The notes: a model not told the origin generated them from the sequence alone. 64,000 nucleotides of DNA from the human T2T-CHM13v2.0 reference genome, Homo sapiens (GCF_009914755.1 NC_060926.1), one strand, 5' to 3'. Numbered from the stretch's first letter, positions 44,333 to 58,925 are shown. Numbers and translations are program-made.

Positions 44333-46972
44333 CATAATTTCTTTGACAATGAAATTGTCTGGCATAGTTGTTCTACAGTTCAGATCCTCTCTATAATTTT
44401 TTTCCTTTCTCATTTTAGTACAAGCTTCTAAAATAGTAGGATAAAAATATTAGGCTATACTTTGATAAATTTAACTTTTTTAAACAATAAATTTCCTCGT
44501 GGCTTTAAAAATCCATTTAATAGAATCCTCCTGTGTGTTTGAGCTACGCTTTCTCCATACAATGAAATCACACATGCTTATTAATAATTCTGTTGTTTTA
44601 CCACCTTTGAAGAAAAACATTAAGCATTACATTTTTATTCCACATTTTATTTTATTGAATAGGATCCCAGAAGAGGCATCAAAAAAAATTTGCCTCCAAC
44701 TATGGTTCAGAGTACAATGCCTCGCAAGGCCCACTAGCTAGCAAGCCATGCTATAACCTAACTCTAGCAACAGATTCCAGTAAATAGAGCTGCCTTGGTT
44801 GACTGGATCATTGCTCCCTTATCAAGGCTACTTTGTTGTAAATAAGGGAGCAAGGTCAGAATGAAGGCATGAGTTGAAGCAGGACTGTCATACCTTATCT
44901 CTGACCATTTTCTCACTCAAAGATATTTTCTGTCCTTTGGTAATTCTTTATTAACTCTTGCAGAACTGGTTGAACAGAAATACACTTCACCAAATTTCTT
45001 TTCTAGCCCTGAAGGACATAACAATACATCTTCTCTAGCAGGGAAGAAGGGCCAGACCTGCCTTTGCTCTTTGCATATTTAACCTAAGCTGAATTTATAA
45101 TCAATTGCTAGGATGGAATATTTAACGCTCACTGAGAGCCTAGGCAGCAACTGTTCAAGGCACTTTTCAGCAGACTCTGAGAGACACCTGGAAATGCTCC
45201 CATGAATGATTTGGGTCACTCTGAACCTGAAAATCTAAACCATGTCCTAACATTTCCTATTCATATTGATTATAGCCACGTGGACACCATCAGAGAAGCT
45301 AAATCTTTTCAAAAATTTAAACTTTCCTATAAGAGGGAAATAGAAAAATGTATGTTTTATTTATTGCATAACCTAATTCTTTTACCTGCGGGTTTTCATT
45401 TCATCCCTGGAGTAAGTTATCAACGGTTTGCAGTGGAATGAGGAAACACATAGTATTCTTTCTGCAGCATCTGTGCATCATTCAACCTGTGGCATATTTT
45501 GAGATTTGACATGATATCCAATATTGCCAAAGAGAAACCGCTAAGATATGACACCATCATTATCCTAAACATTGAGGGAAAACAGTTTCAATTAGGTCAG
45601 AAGTTCTTCAATAACTCCCCCTAATTATCTCCACTTTTGAAGTCTCATTGCAATTAACTCAAACACTTATTATGGTGTTCATTCTTGTTTCTTTCTTATA
45701 CGTGTACTGTTTATTTTTATGCTTGATCTTCTGAATTGGATTAAAAATCCTTTTAGGATTTTATCATTTCTGTTTTTCCACAACACCTGCAGTAGGAGGA
45801 AACTACTGTACATGCCCATGAAACGTGGATTAAATAAATAAATTCAAAATTAGCCATGAACCTACCCAGTATTGTTACTATTTCAAGAATTGTGAAGGAT
45901 GATCATTACTAATAATTGAAGGTAGAAGACTTGCAGGTAGAACAGCTTGCTTCGGTAATATAAACTTTGTTGAATTGCTCAGCTTTTAAATAAAATGCAA
46001 CACACGCTATTTTCACGAGCAAGAAGATTTTTTTGCCCCAAAATGCTCACAAAAATCCATAAACATTATCCATTATCAGAATAAATGTTCCCTAGGTAGA
46101 GTGTGGATCTCATTAGGGCAGATATCATTCTTCCTCTAGATAGAAATTAAATATAACTATAATGTTTATATGTCAGTGCTTTACATGTGGTAAGTACTCA
46201 ATAAATGTTTAATTTATTTTCTAGAAATTTCTCATATTTTGGCAATAAATTAAATGAATAATTTAATTTTTTTGTCTCTTACTAGAATAAATGCAGACTT
46301 TAGGGCTCAATGTATGGCCTTTTAAAGGGATAACAAACTGGATTATCCAAGTGTGGCATGCCACCTGTGTGGGGAAAAAACAACCAATCTTGCTTCTTCC
46401 CCAATCCCAGGATCTGAGTGGTGTGGCTTATGCAAATTACCATGAGAACACCTGGAGCATCATGGAAAACTGGCAATAAGTCCATGAGTATGGCAAACCC
46501 AGGGCTAAGAGCGCTAGCCTTGCAGGGGAGATGATGCCCAAAAAGAAGACATGATGACCCTAATTACTCTGTCTGTGATCTGAGATCTGAGCTGTCTAAG
46601 TGGGCTTCATCTGACCACATCGGCAAGGACCCCAGCCTTAGGAGTCTCTGGACACCAAAGACAATTCTGTTGCAATTACAGAGATGGCCGGGGGTCCATT
46701 TGAGCTAAAATAGGGCCCTAGTCTGGGGTCTAGAGTAAGGGGTATGGGGTTTACTGTGCCATACACCGATTCTAGTAACAGGTAACACCACCCAAGGTTA
46801 TTTGGCATTCGAAATAGTGCACAAGCACAGTTGAGCATGTGGCCTTAACCCCAAAGGTGAGGGTTAGTAGGTGGTGCTACTGTTCAATGACATCAAGTTA
46901 TTGGGATATGACTCTTAATAATATCACATGTTAGCCTGTGATTGGTTCAAGGACTGGGCTAAGCTGAGCAGG

Positions 46973-47035
46973 CAGTGCTTAAGTATAGCTAGTCTCAGTG
47001 CTTAAGTATAGGTAGTCTCAGTGCTTAAGTACAGG
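46973..47035. repeat. 23-bp minisatellite, about 2.7 copies
   Basis: CAGTGCTTAAGTATAG(C/G)TAGTCT at 46973 and 46996, partial at 47019. Confidence 0.95.
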
Positions 47036-49640
47036 AAAAGCCAGCCCATTCAGTCCTAGGTCTCTAAACCTGATTATATCTCAATACCTGGTGTTTCATC
47101 TTACGTCCTTAAACAATCCTTGAATGGCCATCAGTATGTTATTTCTAAATCACCCTGCCTATGTGAAATGATTTCTCTCATTGGCTAGCTTCTCAGCTGA
47201 CCCCTGAAGTTTCCTAAAGGGTCTTAGCCACTAAATACCAGTAAGTCAACCTTGTCATTGATATGGTCGTTTTCATGACGTATGTAAGAAATTGACACAC
47301 AGAGATGATATGTGGCTTGTCACAGAAAAATTAGTTCCAGGGCTAGCAATAAGAGTAAGGCCTCTAATATGCTCTATCATGCAATGTTGCATTTTCTTTG
47401 TCCATTTCCAAAATGATTTTTTTGCTTTACCTATTTAAAAACCTCTTATTCTAAACTAGGTTCTTTCACTATTTGTTGATTCTTAATAAACTCTATCTGT
47501 AGCCAGCTTCAGGCTAAGTTTTCCCTGTAAAGGAGCAAAAGAAGTAATCACAATATTGGGATTTTTTAATGAGAGAATCACCAAGCCAACCTAATTAAAG
47601 AAGGTCAATTAAACATAGCACTAAACCATCTGAAGTACAAAGAGCAATTTTCTGTTTAGAAATTCAGGATACAGGAATTAACTGGTTAATTTGACATGTA
47701 ACCAGGATACAGATTCCCAAAGCACAACGCTGTTTCTTAGACTTTCAAGTACTGTAGTTACTTTACACTCATTTTAACAAGCATTCGTTTGTGGGTTAAA
47801 ATTTCTTTTGTAGGTTGCTTTGGAAACCACATAGTTGAGTAAGATTCAAAAATCAGTTTAATGTAGTCTGCCTCTATCCTGTTGTTATCCTACCAGACCC
47901 ATCTCTTGGTTAATTCTTGATTTAGCATCCAACTGGGAAGACAGTTAAAACTAATGTCCTTTGGAAGAAAGCAGCCAAGTAAAATCATTCTCAATTAATC
48001 CAGAAAACCTTCAATTTCTCATGAAGTGGTTCTCAGAATTTGGGGTTAAAATACTACCTAGAGATGTGAAAAATATATTAATTAGCAGGCTTTCCAGAAA
48101 TTCAGTTGGTAAAAGGTGAGGTCCAAGAATCTGCATTTTAGTAAGAAGACACTAGTGATTTCTATGTGCTGCACAGACTGTATTTGGAAATATTCATTCT
48201 TTATAAAATGATGTATTAAACACCCTCCAAAACCTCTCTGTGCACCTACTTGTCCCAATTACAATATTAACTTAAATTTGATAGTCTTGTGTAATAGAGA
48301 ACCCAAGGATCAAAAAAGGCTGTTCAGTTCTACCTACTGCTTTGTGATTTATCTTACAGAGCTAAATAGAAGGACCACATCTTGAAACTACATCACCTTA
48401 AGTTTATTCCTCCCTACCCCGACCAAAGTCCAGAGCCTGTATATATTTGAAACCTAATCTCCTTAATCATGTGTGTCTCTTGACTTAAGGTTTTTATTTA
48501 CTACTTTTCTGTGTCCCTACAGAATTGATTACTGGGTAAACCATTTCTGGCTCTCTCCAAAAGTTGATGTCTGTGTGTTATATAGAGTTAGACAGACCCG
48601 TCAGGAGTTTCAAGGATATTATACAGGTGGCTACGTAACAGTTAGAGTTAACAGAGATGTGAGAATATGTCCCACAGGGAACAGAGGTTTCCTTTTTTCA
48701 AAAACAGAAGATTGATGTAAACAGAACATTAGCAAAGCTTCTATTCTTCAGCAGGATTTCATTTAAAAAGCGAGAGAGAGAGTGCACAAATTTTTAGGTT
48801 GAGGCCTTCTGCCTCTTGATCGTGCAACAGAGATATATGAAAAATAAACCGATTCATTTTCAGAGCCTGACAATAGTCAATATGATGAATTGAATAAATG
48901 CTACCCCAAGGAGTGCTTTTTAACCTGCTGCTCTTTTTTCATTCTAGCAAAAATGCCTGTCCTCAAAGCAGAGCCCGGGTCAACCTTCACAAACTGGCAT
49001 GAACTCCAAGCCCATCTCCTGAGCAAAGGGAGTCCTGACTTAGTGCATTTGAAATGCAGGCCCATTGTGATGCCCATCTAACCCCTGAAACTGGGTCACT
49101 GATAGCTCTGCTTATACCCAAACAGCATTCAGTTCTGGGGTGTCTCAGTGCTTAATGTTAGTGGTCTGGAACTCTCTAAGGCAGAGTTTCATAACTCCAA
49201 GCAAATTGTTTTACTATTGTATCTGTACATCTCTGAAACCAGCCACAAATTCAAAGAGCCCCTGGAATCACCCTTTGTTCTGGAATCCCTGAATTCCTAG
49301 GCCTTCTGAGTAACCACTACAGAATCTTCTTGAGCCCAAAGTGGTGCCTTAGCATGACAAAGACGCCAAGATTTTCACCGCCATATGAATGTGCTCCTAA
49401 CCAAAACAGACCAGTCATATCTGTTCATATGACATTTTAACTACCCATCACTCCAAATCATAGACCTATGAGGCCTCAGATGACATGAAACCCAAGAATA
49501 ATCTATTGCTATTTAAATTGGTTCATACGTAGCTCAAGGATTACCTGGTAATTGTACCAGGGAGGTACCTAAGCCCATAAGATTTAAGTGAGGCACAATT
49601 TTCTGCAACATGAAATTTGCTTTTAAAAGCACGAAAGAGT

Positions 49641-49961
<321 letters not shown>

Positions 49962-49979
49962 GTACGAAAGTACGAAAGA

Positions 49980-50337
<358 letters not shown>

Positions 50338-51159
50338 TTATGGAGCAGGGCACACAATTTGACTGGACTTTGTAACATAAAAGTAAGATTCCAAAGAAAA
50401 TTTTTGCTTGCATTCCTCTCTTAGGGACTAATACCTTAGGGATATCTTAGGGAATATATTCATTCTCTTTTGTCGCTGAGGCATGTGTTTGGAAAAGTTG
50501 GGAACCACCATGCCAATATTCTCATTTCATAGAAAAAAGAAAGTGAAGCCATGATTTGTTCGAAATCAACAATAAACTGGTATCAGAACTAGCTATGTTT
50601 CCTTTTCATAGCCTTCACTTGTATTATTTCTTGCTCAGTCTCCCTTGTTACATCATAAATCCCGGGAAGGTCATTTTTATTTTTAGATTCTGCTAAGGTT
50701 TACATGCAAATAATTCCAATAAAGATATAAGATGATATAAGACTGACATATTTTCAAAAGTCATGTATAATTAATATGTCTAATTATTTTCTTGAGTATT
50801 TTCACAGGAAAAGGGAGAAACAGAATTTAATAGTGGTCTGGGAGTGAACATAGCTTTCTTAAGAATGTGCGTATGTGTGTGTGTGCTGTGCACGTGTATA
50901 AATGTAAATGTAAGTGAGTCTAGATTTCTGAGTTTTGCAGTAGAAATGCATTAGGTAAGACAAATATAGCATAAAATAAGGGGAAGCCCAAAGCACTGAA
51001 TACACATTTCCCTATTTGCAATTGTGCACAATATTATAGCAGTTGTTATAACCCAAATATTGCATACCTAACCTCGGCCTTTTCCTTAGAAAAATCATGC
51101 CTTCTTGAGTGTTTCCATCACTCATGTGAAAATACAGCTAAACATCTTTCCACTTGCAG

Positions 51160-51284
51160 CTGCTCGAAGTAATGGATTATGCCTTTGAACTTGCCAGTAA
51201 ACTTCACGGTCCCGGTATAAATATCAAACTTGTCAAACTTGCTTTCCATGGAAGCCCTATAATGAAAGGCTTATCTGTTTGGGG
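51160..51284 (+). other. Candidate exon (alternative upstream acceptor gives 51090-51284)
   Basis: Acceptors 'cctaacctcggccttttccttag' (AG 51088-89) and 'ctaaacatctttccacttgcag' (AG 51158-59); donor GGG/GTAAGT at 51285; retained CpGs. Confidence 0.35.
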
Positions 51285-53011
51285 GTAAGTTAATGCCTCA
51301 ATGTTGCCTCAAAGCAAGATCCTGAGAAAATTTAGGTTGTAGAGAAGTTCCTGCCAGCTATCAGGGTCATCTCTGGCCAGGCCCAGAGGCTGGTTTCACT
51401 GAAGTTTGGATCCAGCCACTCTTCTGGCTTCCACAAAGCCCGGCGCTTTCCGGGTGAACTCTATGCCTTCTCTGCTCTCCCCTTCCCTTTGAATCAGCAC
51501 TTCAGAGGATCAAAGAGGTCCACATGCAAGAGCTACCATGGAAAACAGTCAGGAGGGTATGATGGGATTTCACCAGGGACCTAAGGGGTGCCTAATGCTG
51601 CCAGGCGAATAGTTGAACAAATACGGCTCAGCCAGCTCATTACCAGGCTTCAGGTGGCAGTCTGTGAGGGCCAAGGACAATTTCTCTGAATCTGGGTTGT
51701 AAGGGAATAGCTAACAGTTTTCTTCTTTCTGGGAAATATAGATTTAAAAAAAGAGAGAGAAAACCCTGAAACAAGATATCTGCAATCTGATAATGACAAA
51801 ACCACATTTCAGTGTTGAATTGCAGAGGGCAAAAGAGTATTTTTTAAAAAAGGGGAGTTAGAACAGAAATAATATTAATAAAGTAATAAGAGTGGCTTTG
51901 GAACACTTGCCTTACTGATCTGTTCCTTGCAAACACTTAAGTCTAAATCATGTTTTTATCATGAAAAGCTGGCCTCCCGTGTGGATGGGCTGTTGATTTC
52001 TTAGCCATCCCTACTAGGCGCTGAGCATCTGAGCATCAATCATCAAGAGTCTTATTGTATAGGAAGACCAGGGGTCTTTTGTTTTCTCCTTTAGGGTAGT
52101 TGAGGAATGATTTTCTAATGAGAACCTTCTGGTCTTCTTTAGACAAGAAACTTTGTGATCTCAAGTTTCCACACTACACCCTAGAAAAAGGCTGTGGGTT
52201 TTAATATGCTCTGTGGTACAGAACCAAAGGAAAAACTCAAGGAACAATTGCTGGTCATCAGATAAAGCCCTCTGAACAAATGTTTCTACCTGGCCCCACT
52301 AATAAAGATGCCAGACCTGTTGTTTCTTTTTCTTTTTTCTTTTTTTTTTCCCACTTCTAGATCTGTGGCCAGCTGTATTGTAGTTAAATTTCAAAATACT
52401 CATTTGGCAGCTTTGTATAGTGGTACTATAATGTTTATAAAGCCCACGGTGCTAGTTTGAAAGTGACATGCACAGATATGCACTTTAAAGGGGGCATAAA
52501 ATGAACAATATGCATTACCAAATGCAATACCCTGTATTAACCACATTCATATGAGTTTTGTATTTACTCCAATAAACCAGTAGTGCCAGATGTAAAATTA
52601 GCCTGTAAAACTTTCCCTCTACTTTACCATCCACTATTACTACTCTCAAATACCAATGTACAAAGGTGGCATCTTTCTTTAAAACAAGACGTTTAAGAAA
52701 AAGCTGTATAATACATACCACATGCAGCACACATATATTCATTATATACCATACATATTTATATATATATATAACATACACAACATATTTCACTATTTAT
52801 GATGTGTGTATGTATATATACACACATATATAAAATAGTTACAATAATTTTAATTATTGAGGAAATTGAATGAGGCTCTCTCATTTCCAATTTGACTTGC
52901 TCATGCCATATATTAAAGGGATTTAAAAAGCCCTGTGTCCTTGAAAATTGTTCCCCTGATGTGTATCAATATTCTATTTTTGAAAGAGAACAATATTTTG
53001 TAAAGGACTTT

Positions 53012-53566
53012 GGTGGTGGTTGCCCAGCCAGTGCACATTACTCATCCTTGAGATAAAACCATTGGAATTTTCCTTGGGGAACCCACTTGTAGCTTAAGCA
53101 AGTTAACCCCATCCCCTCCTCTGTAAGCTGGGGCAGCAGTGGGCACAGAAGCCAGGCATGGATAAGCAGGTCACTTGGCCACCACTGTCAGCAGTTATTT
53201 CGTCTTGGATGGACATATGAACCACACCAGGGCCATGAGCTGTGGTACAGACTTTCATTAGAACCTTTGGGAAAAGAAGACACTTGCATCATTAGACTTG
53301 AAGCTATGAAGATGCGTGTCTATTGCATGCATCTGGGACTGCAGAGGAGGCCACCCAAGAATGGAGCTTACCCATTGGAAAGCCCAGTTAAAGAATGGAG
53401 AGAAGCCAGTCCGAGTTTATAAGTTGAGAGATGGCTCCAAGTGTGCCGAAGGCCAGTTCTTCCATGGACTTTTCGGGTAAGTGAGTTGGTAAATCCCTTT
53501 GTTGGCTAAGCCATGTTAAGTTAGAGTTTCTCTCTCTTGCAACTAAAAGTATGTTGACTAATACAT
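53012..53566 (+). mobile_element. LTR16/LTR33-type ERVL solo LTR
   Basis: 3' end 'ggacttttc...gtaaatccctttgttggctaagcc...gagtttctctctcttgcaactaaaagtatgttgactaataca'. Confidence 0.7.
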
Positions 53567-53599
53567 CTTTATTTCATAAGTTCCAGTTAATTTTCTCAG

Positions 53600-53740
53600 A
53601 ATAATCTGTAAGTTAAATATTATTATCTTCATTTAACAAATTAAATATCTGAGACTCAGAGGAGAAAACTAAGTTAACTCACTAGTCCAAGACAATTAGT
53701 CAGTCACAGAAGAGAGACCTGCCTAACTCCAGAACCTAGG
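53600..53740 (-). mobile_element. MIR fragment
   Basis: 'tattattatcttcattt...ctgagactcagag...tccaagaca...ctaactccagaacc'. Confidence 0.55.
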
Positions 53741-53971
53741 TTTTTAATATACATGAATCTAGGGTTTTAAGTGTATCTTTAAATGTGAATATATTTGAAA
53801 GGAGAAATAATTTAAGCAAGTTATAAATAATTTAAATCTTAATTAAATGAAAGATCTAAGTGTACCTTTAGTTCAAAAAATGAACTTCAAAGGAAGCGGA
53901 ATCTGAAAGAAGGCCAGATGTGTGACTATACTGATGAGAAACACTTGGAGATAGCAATTAGCAAGAGGTGA

Positions 53972-54145
53972 CATTCACTGAGGGCACATAAATGAACGGA
54001 TGTAATCCCCCCCCCCAAACCCCATGAGATAGATACTATTATTATCCCCATTGTGTAGATGGGAAAACCAAGGCACACACAGGTATAATAACATGTTCAA
54101 AGTTATGCAGCTTCTAGATGCAAGCAGCCCTCCACATCTGAATCT
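53972..54145 (-). mobile_element. MIR fragment
   Basis: 'attatccccattgtgtagatgggaaaaccaaggcacac...aacatgttcaaagtta'. Confidence 0.75.
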
Positions 54146-54342
54146 TATTTTAATGTACACGGAAAAGTAGAAGATGCATTCTTAAATAGAATGTATTACT
54201 TGTGCTAACAAATACTGTAAATTGCTTTGACAGAAATATTCCTCTAGAATTCTGCAGTCTCTAGAACATGGTTTGATAAACCACCTGATCAAACAAACGA
54301 TTTCGCCTTTAAGACTTCACTTTAAGATAACCTTGCTAGAAG

Positions 54343-54525
54343 GAGGATATTAAATGTTTCCAACACACACACAAAAATGACAATTGTTTGAGGTAATGAA
54401 TGTGCTAATTACCCTAATCTGGTCACTCACTATACATTATATGAATGGAAACATCATGATCTGTCCAATGAATTTGTAAATTATTATTTGTCAATTAAAA
54501 AAGTTAAATTAATTATTTTAAAAAG
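54343..54525 (+). mobile_element. L1MA-type 3'-end fragment
   Basis: 'tttgaggtaatgaatgtgctaattaccctaatctggtca...aacatca...attattatttgtcaattaaaaa'. Confidence 0.8.
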
Positions 54526-55717
54526 AAAACCACTGTTCTATGGAAATGTATTATAAACCGTTATTTTCCACTGACATACCTAGAAGGATGGAAATTATAA
54601 AGACAATAGCTCTCATCACTGAGAAGTTTATTTAGCAGATTCTGAAGTCCTAAGGTCTTTATATTTTAGAAAAAAAAAAAGTGGGGGAAGTATCAAAGAC
54701 TTTTCTTGCAGCCTAACTGCCAGAGATGTTACTGGAAGTTATTTGATAATTACAGACACAGTGCTGGCTCTGGGGTAATCAATATGATTTTCAATAACTG
54801 TTTAACATGACTCTTGAGAATCTAGGTGAGTTCTGAAAATATAAGAGCAAAAATTGTGTATGAAAAGGTGTATTCGTAGGTGACATATCTGCACTAGTGA
54901 TCTCCAAACCTTCAGAGGGTTCATTGATAAGGAAGGGGTAAAGGTCACCTAAAATACTTCTCTTTAAGCAACATGGATTTGAGTGGTCCTGTTCTCTGTC
55001 CATTTTCAATGGTCTACGGCCTTTTAGACAGCTATGAAAAGAGCTTTGTCTAAAGCAAATCTTTAGATGGTCCTATATGACCTTACCCTAATTTCCCAGA
55101 GACATTGGGTGACTTTTCCTTTGTGAGGAAGATCAGGCAGAGAATATCTTAAAAGAGGATAAAAAAGATGCTGAAGAAATGAAGGGAATGTAATTCTTTC
55201 AAAACCTTGCCATAAAGCTACCTCCATGTGCTAAGAATAATTTCACATTATAGATGTCTGCTACTTTCGGGTCTTTTATGTAAAAATAGTAACTTTCAAG
55301 TAGCGTATATAATGGTCATTTTAACCAGCTGGAGCAGGGTTCTTCATATTAAGCCCCAGCAGCCTGACCATGACTTCCTGGGACATAACTAAGAAACAGA
55401 CTGGTCCAATCCATTGGCTCATGAAAATGCCTATAAATGCATTTTTTATAGACCTTGCTGCTTATGGGAGTGTGTAGGGAGGACATGGCTGAGACGTTAC
55501 AAAATATCCCATTTAATTACTCGGTAATAGGGTAGAGTAGGTCTCACAAAAGAGGAATCATTACTTTAGAAATGAAAATACAATTTTCTAGAACTCTCTT
55601 CTAAATATTTGGAATAACAACCCAGGGCCCCATATTGCTATTTTTGCCCTGAAAGCTTTTCCAGATACAACACAAGGGAACACACTTGTGAAGGGAACAC
55701 ACTTCAAAGTTCACAAT

Positions 55718-55861
55718 TTTTAAATTTTATTTCTATTTTTTTGCAGAGACGGCAGTCTCACTATGTTGCCAAGGCTGGTTCAAACTCCTGGGCTCAAGCG
55801 ATTCTCCTGCTCCAGCCTCCCAAAGTTCTGGGATTACAGGTGTGAGCCACCACACCCAGCC
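55718..55861 (-). mobile_element. FLAM_C / AluJ left monomer
   Basis: Single arm; flanks caaagttcacaa / caaagttgataa (degenerate TSD). Confidence 0.9.
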
Positions 55862-58372
55862 CAAAGTTGATAACTTATTTCTCCATTTCGTTATGAATGG
55901 CCATGTTAAAAACCAAAGAATAAAAAAAGAGAGAGAGAAAAAGCAAAGCAGTGCATAATGGAATACAAAAGTAGTGTTCTACAAAAGAGTTCACTTACAT
56001 AGGCCTTAAATACATCTAAAATGTAATTTTCTTCTTAGAAATACAACTTTTATGTCACCTATCAGTATAATATCTTACTATGTAAAGTAGATTTCAAATG
56101 TTACTTGATAAGTCAAATTTTATTGCAGTTTTTACTCCCCGCAACTGGAAGTACTCACTGCCTGCATGGAAAAAAACTATCATCTTGCCATCAGATCTTA
56201 GTGTTTGATTGATATGCATTAATACTAACATTATAATTCACAAACTATAATATGGGATGAAACTCAGAAACAATAAGAGAAAAAATGGCCATAACTACCC
56301 TATGCTATATCTGTATTAGCTTTTGCGTTATCCATATTTTGGTTCTCCTTCATTTGTGTGGGTAATGAAGAACTGACTGTAATTGCATTCAGTTCATTGA
56401 TGCTGAATTCAATCTTAGGTCTGAGGTCATTACCTGACTATTACACATTGGCATTATAAATGCTCTCTAGTGCTGCAACGGGTAGTCTTAGATCTGCTGG
56501 AAGCCCGAATTTTTTAAATTTGAGTTTAAGAATTTGTCTAATGTCCTTACGAAATAAAGATTAATAAAACTCTGCCCTGCGTAAGATAAATCAAGCAAAG
56601 ATAATTATATTCATTTTCATAATTTCTCATTATAATAGCCTTTCATAAAAGAAATCAAAAGTACTTAGATTTGGTTACTAATAGGTATATCTAACTAATA
56701 TATGACAGATAATAAAAGATAATTTATGTAAAAAAATTCAATGTGTTAACATTGATTGTGAAACAATTCTGGAGTATCAAAGCAAACAATATGACAGAAG
56801 AGCAATATCCTTGAAATAATTTCTTGCTACCTATATTTTGGTTAGGATGTTTTCTATCTTTTTCCTTTTAATATTTCTTCACTCGTGCTGGAATTTGTTT
56901 CCAACTCTAAAATGAACCATTACTTGAATAACAAGATTTTTCTCAAAAAAAGAAACCTTAAAGTATCCACTTTTGAATTTACTAATCATAAAATAAATAT
57001 GTATCCCTGTAATTATACAACCTATTTTCTTCTGTATTGCAAAGTTTGAGTCTAATTATTTTTATAATCAAAAGATTAATATTTGTTGAATCATTTTGAT
57101 GTTTGTCATTATGTAGGGCTTCAAAATAACTTTTTTCCCCCAAGCCCGTGTTCTCCACCTTCATGTCTTTAGTACTTTTAAGATTGATAGTATTTCAGCA
57201 TATACAAAAAATACTAAGATATATAATCTGCATTTCTATTTGGTAAACTATATTACTGTGTTACATTTTTTGTTCTTCATCGATTACCTACTTTTAGAAG
57301 TTCTACAAGGTCTCTTAAATGTCAGTCAGAAGATATTGACAGATGTTCATCTCCCTTAAGCTTTCAGAATTCAAGAACAGATTATATTAAGTTCTCCTAC
57401 CTTTCAACATTTGATGATGATTTCCAAGAGTTTTAGCTATTTCTATTGTTTTTAGTTGCAGGTAACCTGCTCCATAGAGAATGCATTTTCGTTTTGACTC
57501 CACATTCTGTTATAATGTTAAAAATAAATTTTACTTGAAAAATTGAATTTTAATCTTTAGTGAAAATTCAACTGCATGTGGAGCCACCATTGCCAAAAAT
57601 GTAATTAAGGTGACAAGAGAAGGAAAGTCACCTCTACACACAGCTGATCTCACATATGTGCAGTCAAAGATCAGTGCTTCACAATTACTCCCTGCCTGGT
57701 ACTGATAGTAATATGCAACTCAATATCACTAATATTAAATTAAACAAAACAAAACCGTACCTTAGACTAAGGTATTTCTGCTTTCTGAAATTCCCTTAAT
57801 GTCTCCCATATTTGTTTTTCAGATTCTGAAATTTTCAAGGCCTTTGTGTTCTTTGGCAAAGGAATCCTTCTCTCCTACAACCTCCTCTAATGCATGTTAT
57901 TTCATGGTTATTTATGCATCTGTCTTATTTATTCTAGTAGATTGTAACTGTTGAAGCATGCATGGAGGACTGTGTTTCTCTAGCTGCTTTTAGCCTGGCT
58001 TTCTGTGCCAACATATTCCTGCATAGCTCTGAGAGTTTCACCAAAATTCATTCAGTGCAAAGGTATAGGGACTACCATTAGCTATACTTTGTTAAACTGG
58101 CCATATTACAGAGTTATCGAACACACAGATTAGTGAGAGTTCTAATCGTGGGTCCCTTCTGCTGTATATCTGAGGAAATCCATTTTTCTTTCTTCCAAAA
58201 TAATTATAGTGAGAATGTTCTGCATGCCAAAAATGTTCATTCTTAGATATAAAGATAGGTTATGAAGAAGAGGCAGGATTCATATTCCTCCTTACAGTAG
58301 TACATAGCAAATGCTGTTGAATGAGCGATTTAATATCTGTTGAATGAGTGATCATATAAATTACAGTCTCTG

Positions 58373-58925
58373 TGTATTCATGATCTATTGCTGCATAACA
58401 AATTACCCCAAAACTTAGCAGCTCAAAACAGCAAATATTAATTCACACTTTCAGTGGGTCAGGATACTGGGTGTGCTTTTAGCTAGCTACCGCTGGTGCA
58501 AGGTCTCTGATGATATTGCAGTTACACTGTCTTCAGGGGCTACAGTCATCTCAAGGCTCAAATGGGCCTGAAGGATCTACCTTCAAGCTCACTCATGTGA
58601 TATTAGCAGGTTATAGTTGGATTTGGGGCCTTTATTCCTCATCATGCTGTGAGGAATCCTCACAGCATAATAGCTTTACTTCACCCAGCATGAGTAATCC
58701 AGAGAGAGGGAGAGAGAGAGAAACTTCAAATGCTCAAGATGGAAGTCACAGTCTATTTTTTTTAATAACCTAATCTCAGAAGTGGCTTTTCACCATTTCT
58801 CCCATATTTTATATCTCAGAAAGAGACAGTAGTGTAGCTGACATGCAAGGGGAGGGGATTACACAGGGCATGAATACTAGGAGATAAGGAATATTGTGGG
58901 GTTCTTCTAGAGGCTGCCTACCACA
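58373..58925 (-). mobile_element. MLT1F-like MaLR solo LTR
   Basis: 'tctattgctgcataacaaattaccccaaaacttagcagct' ... 'tagaggctgcctaccaca'. Confidence 0.85.

Noticed and set aside
46973-47035. Short direct repeats superficially like a CRISPR array
   Set aside because: Contiguous tandem units with no unique spacers, eukaryotic context, no cas genes.
55673-55703. Short tandem duplication AAGGGAACACACTT x2 (similar ones at about 34567 and 59558)
   Set aside because: Ordinary slippage micro-duplications with no evidence of function.
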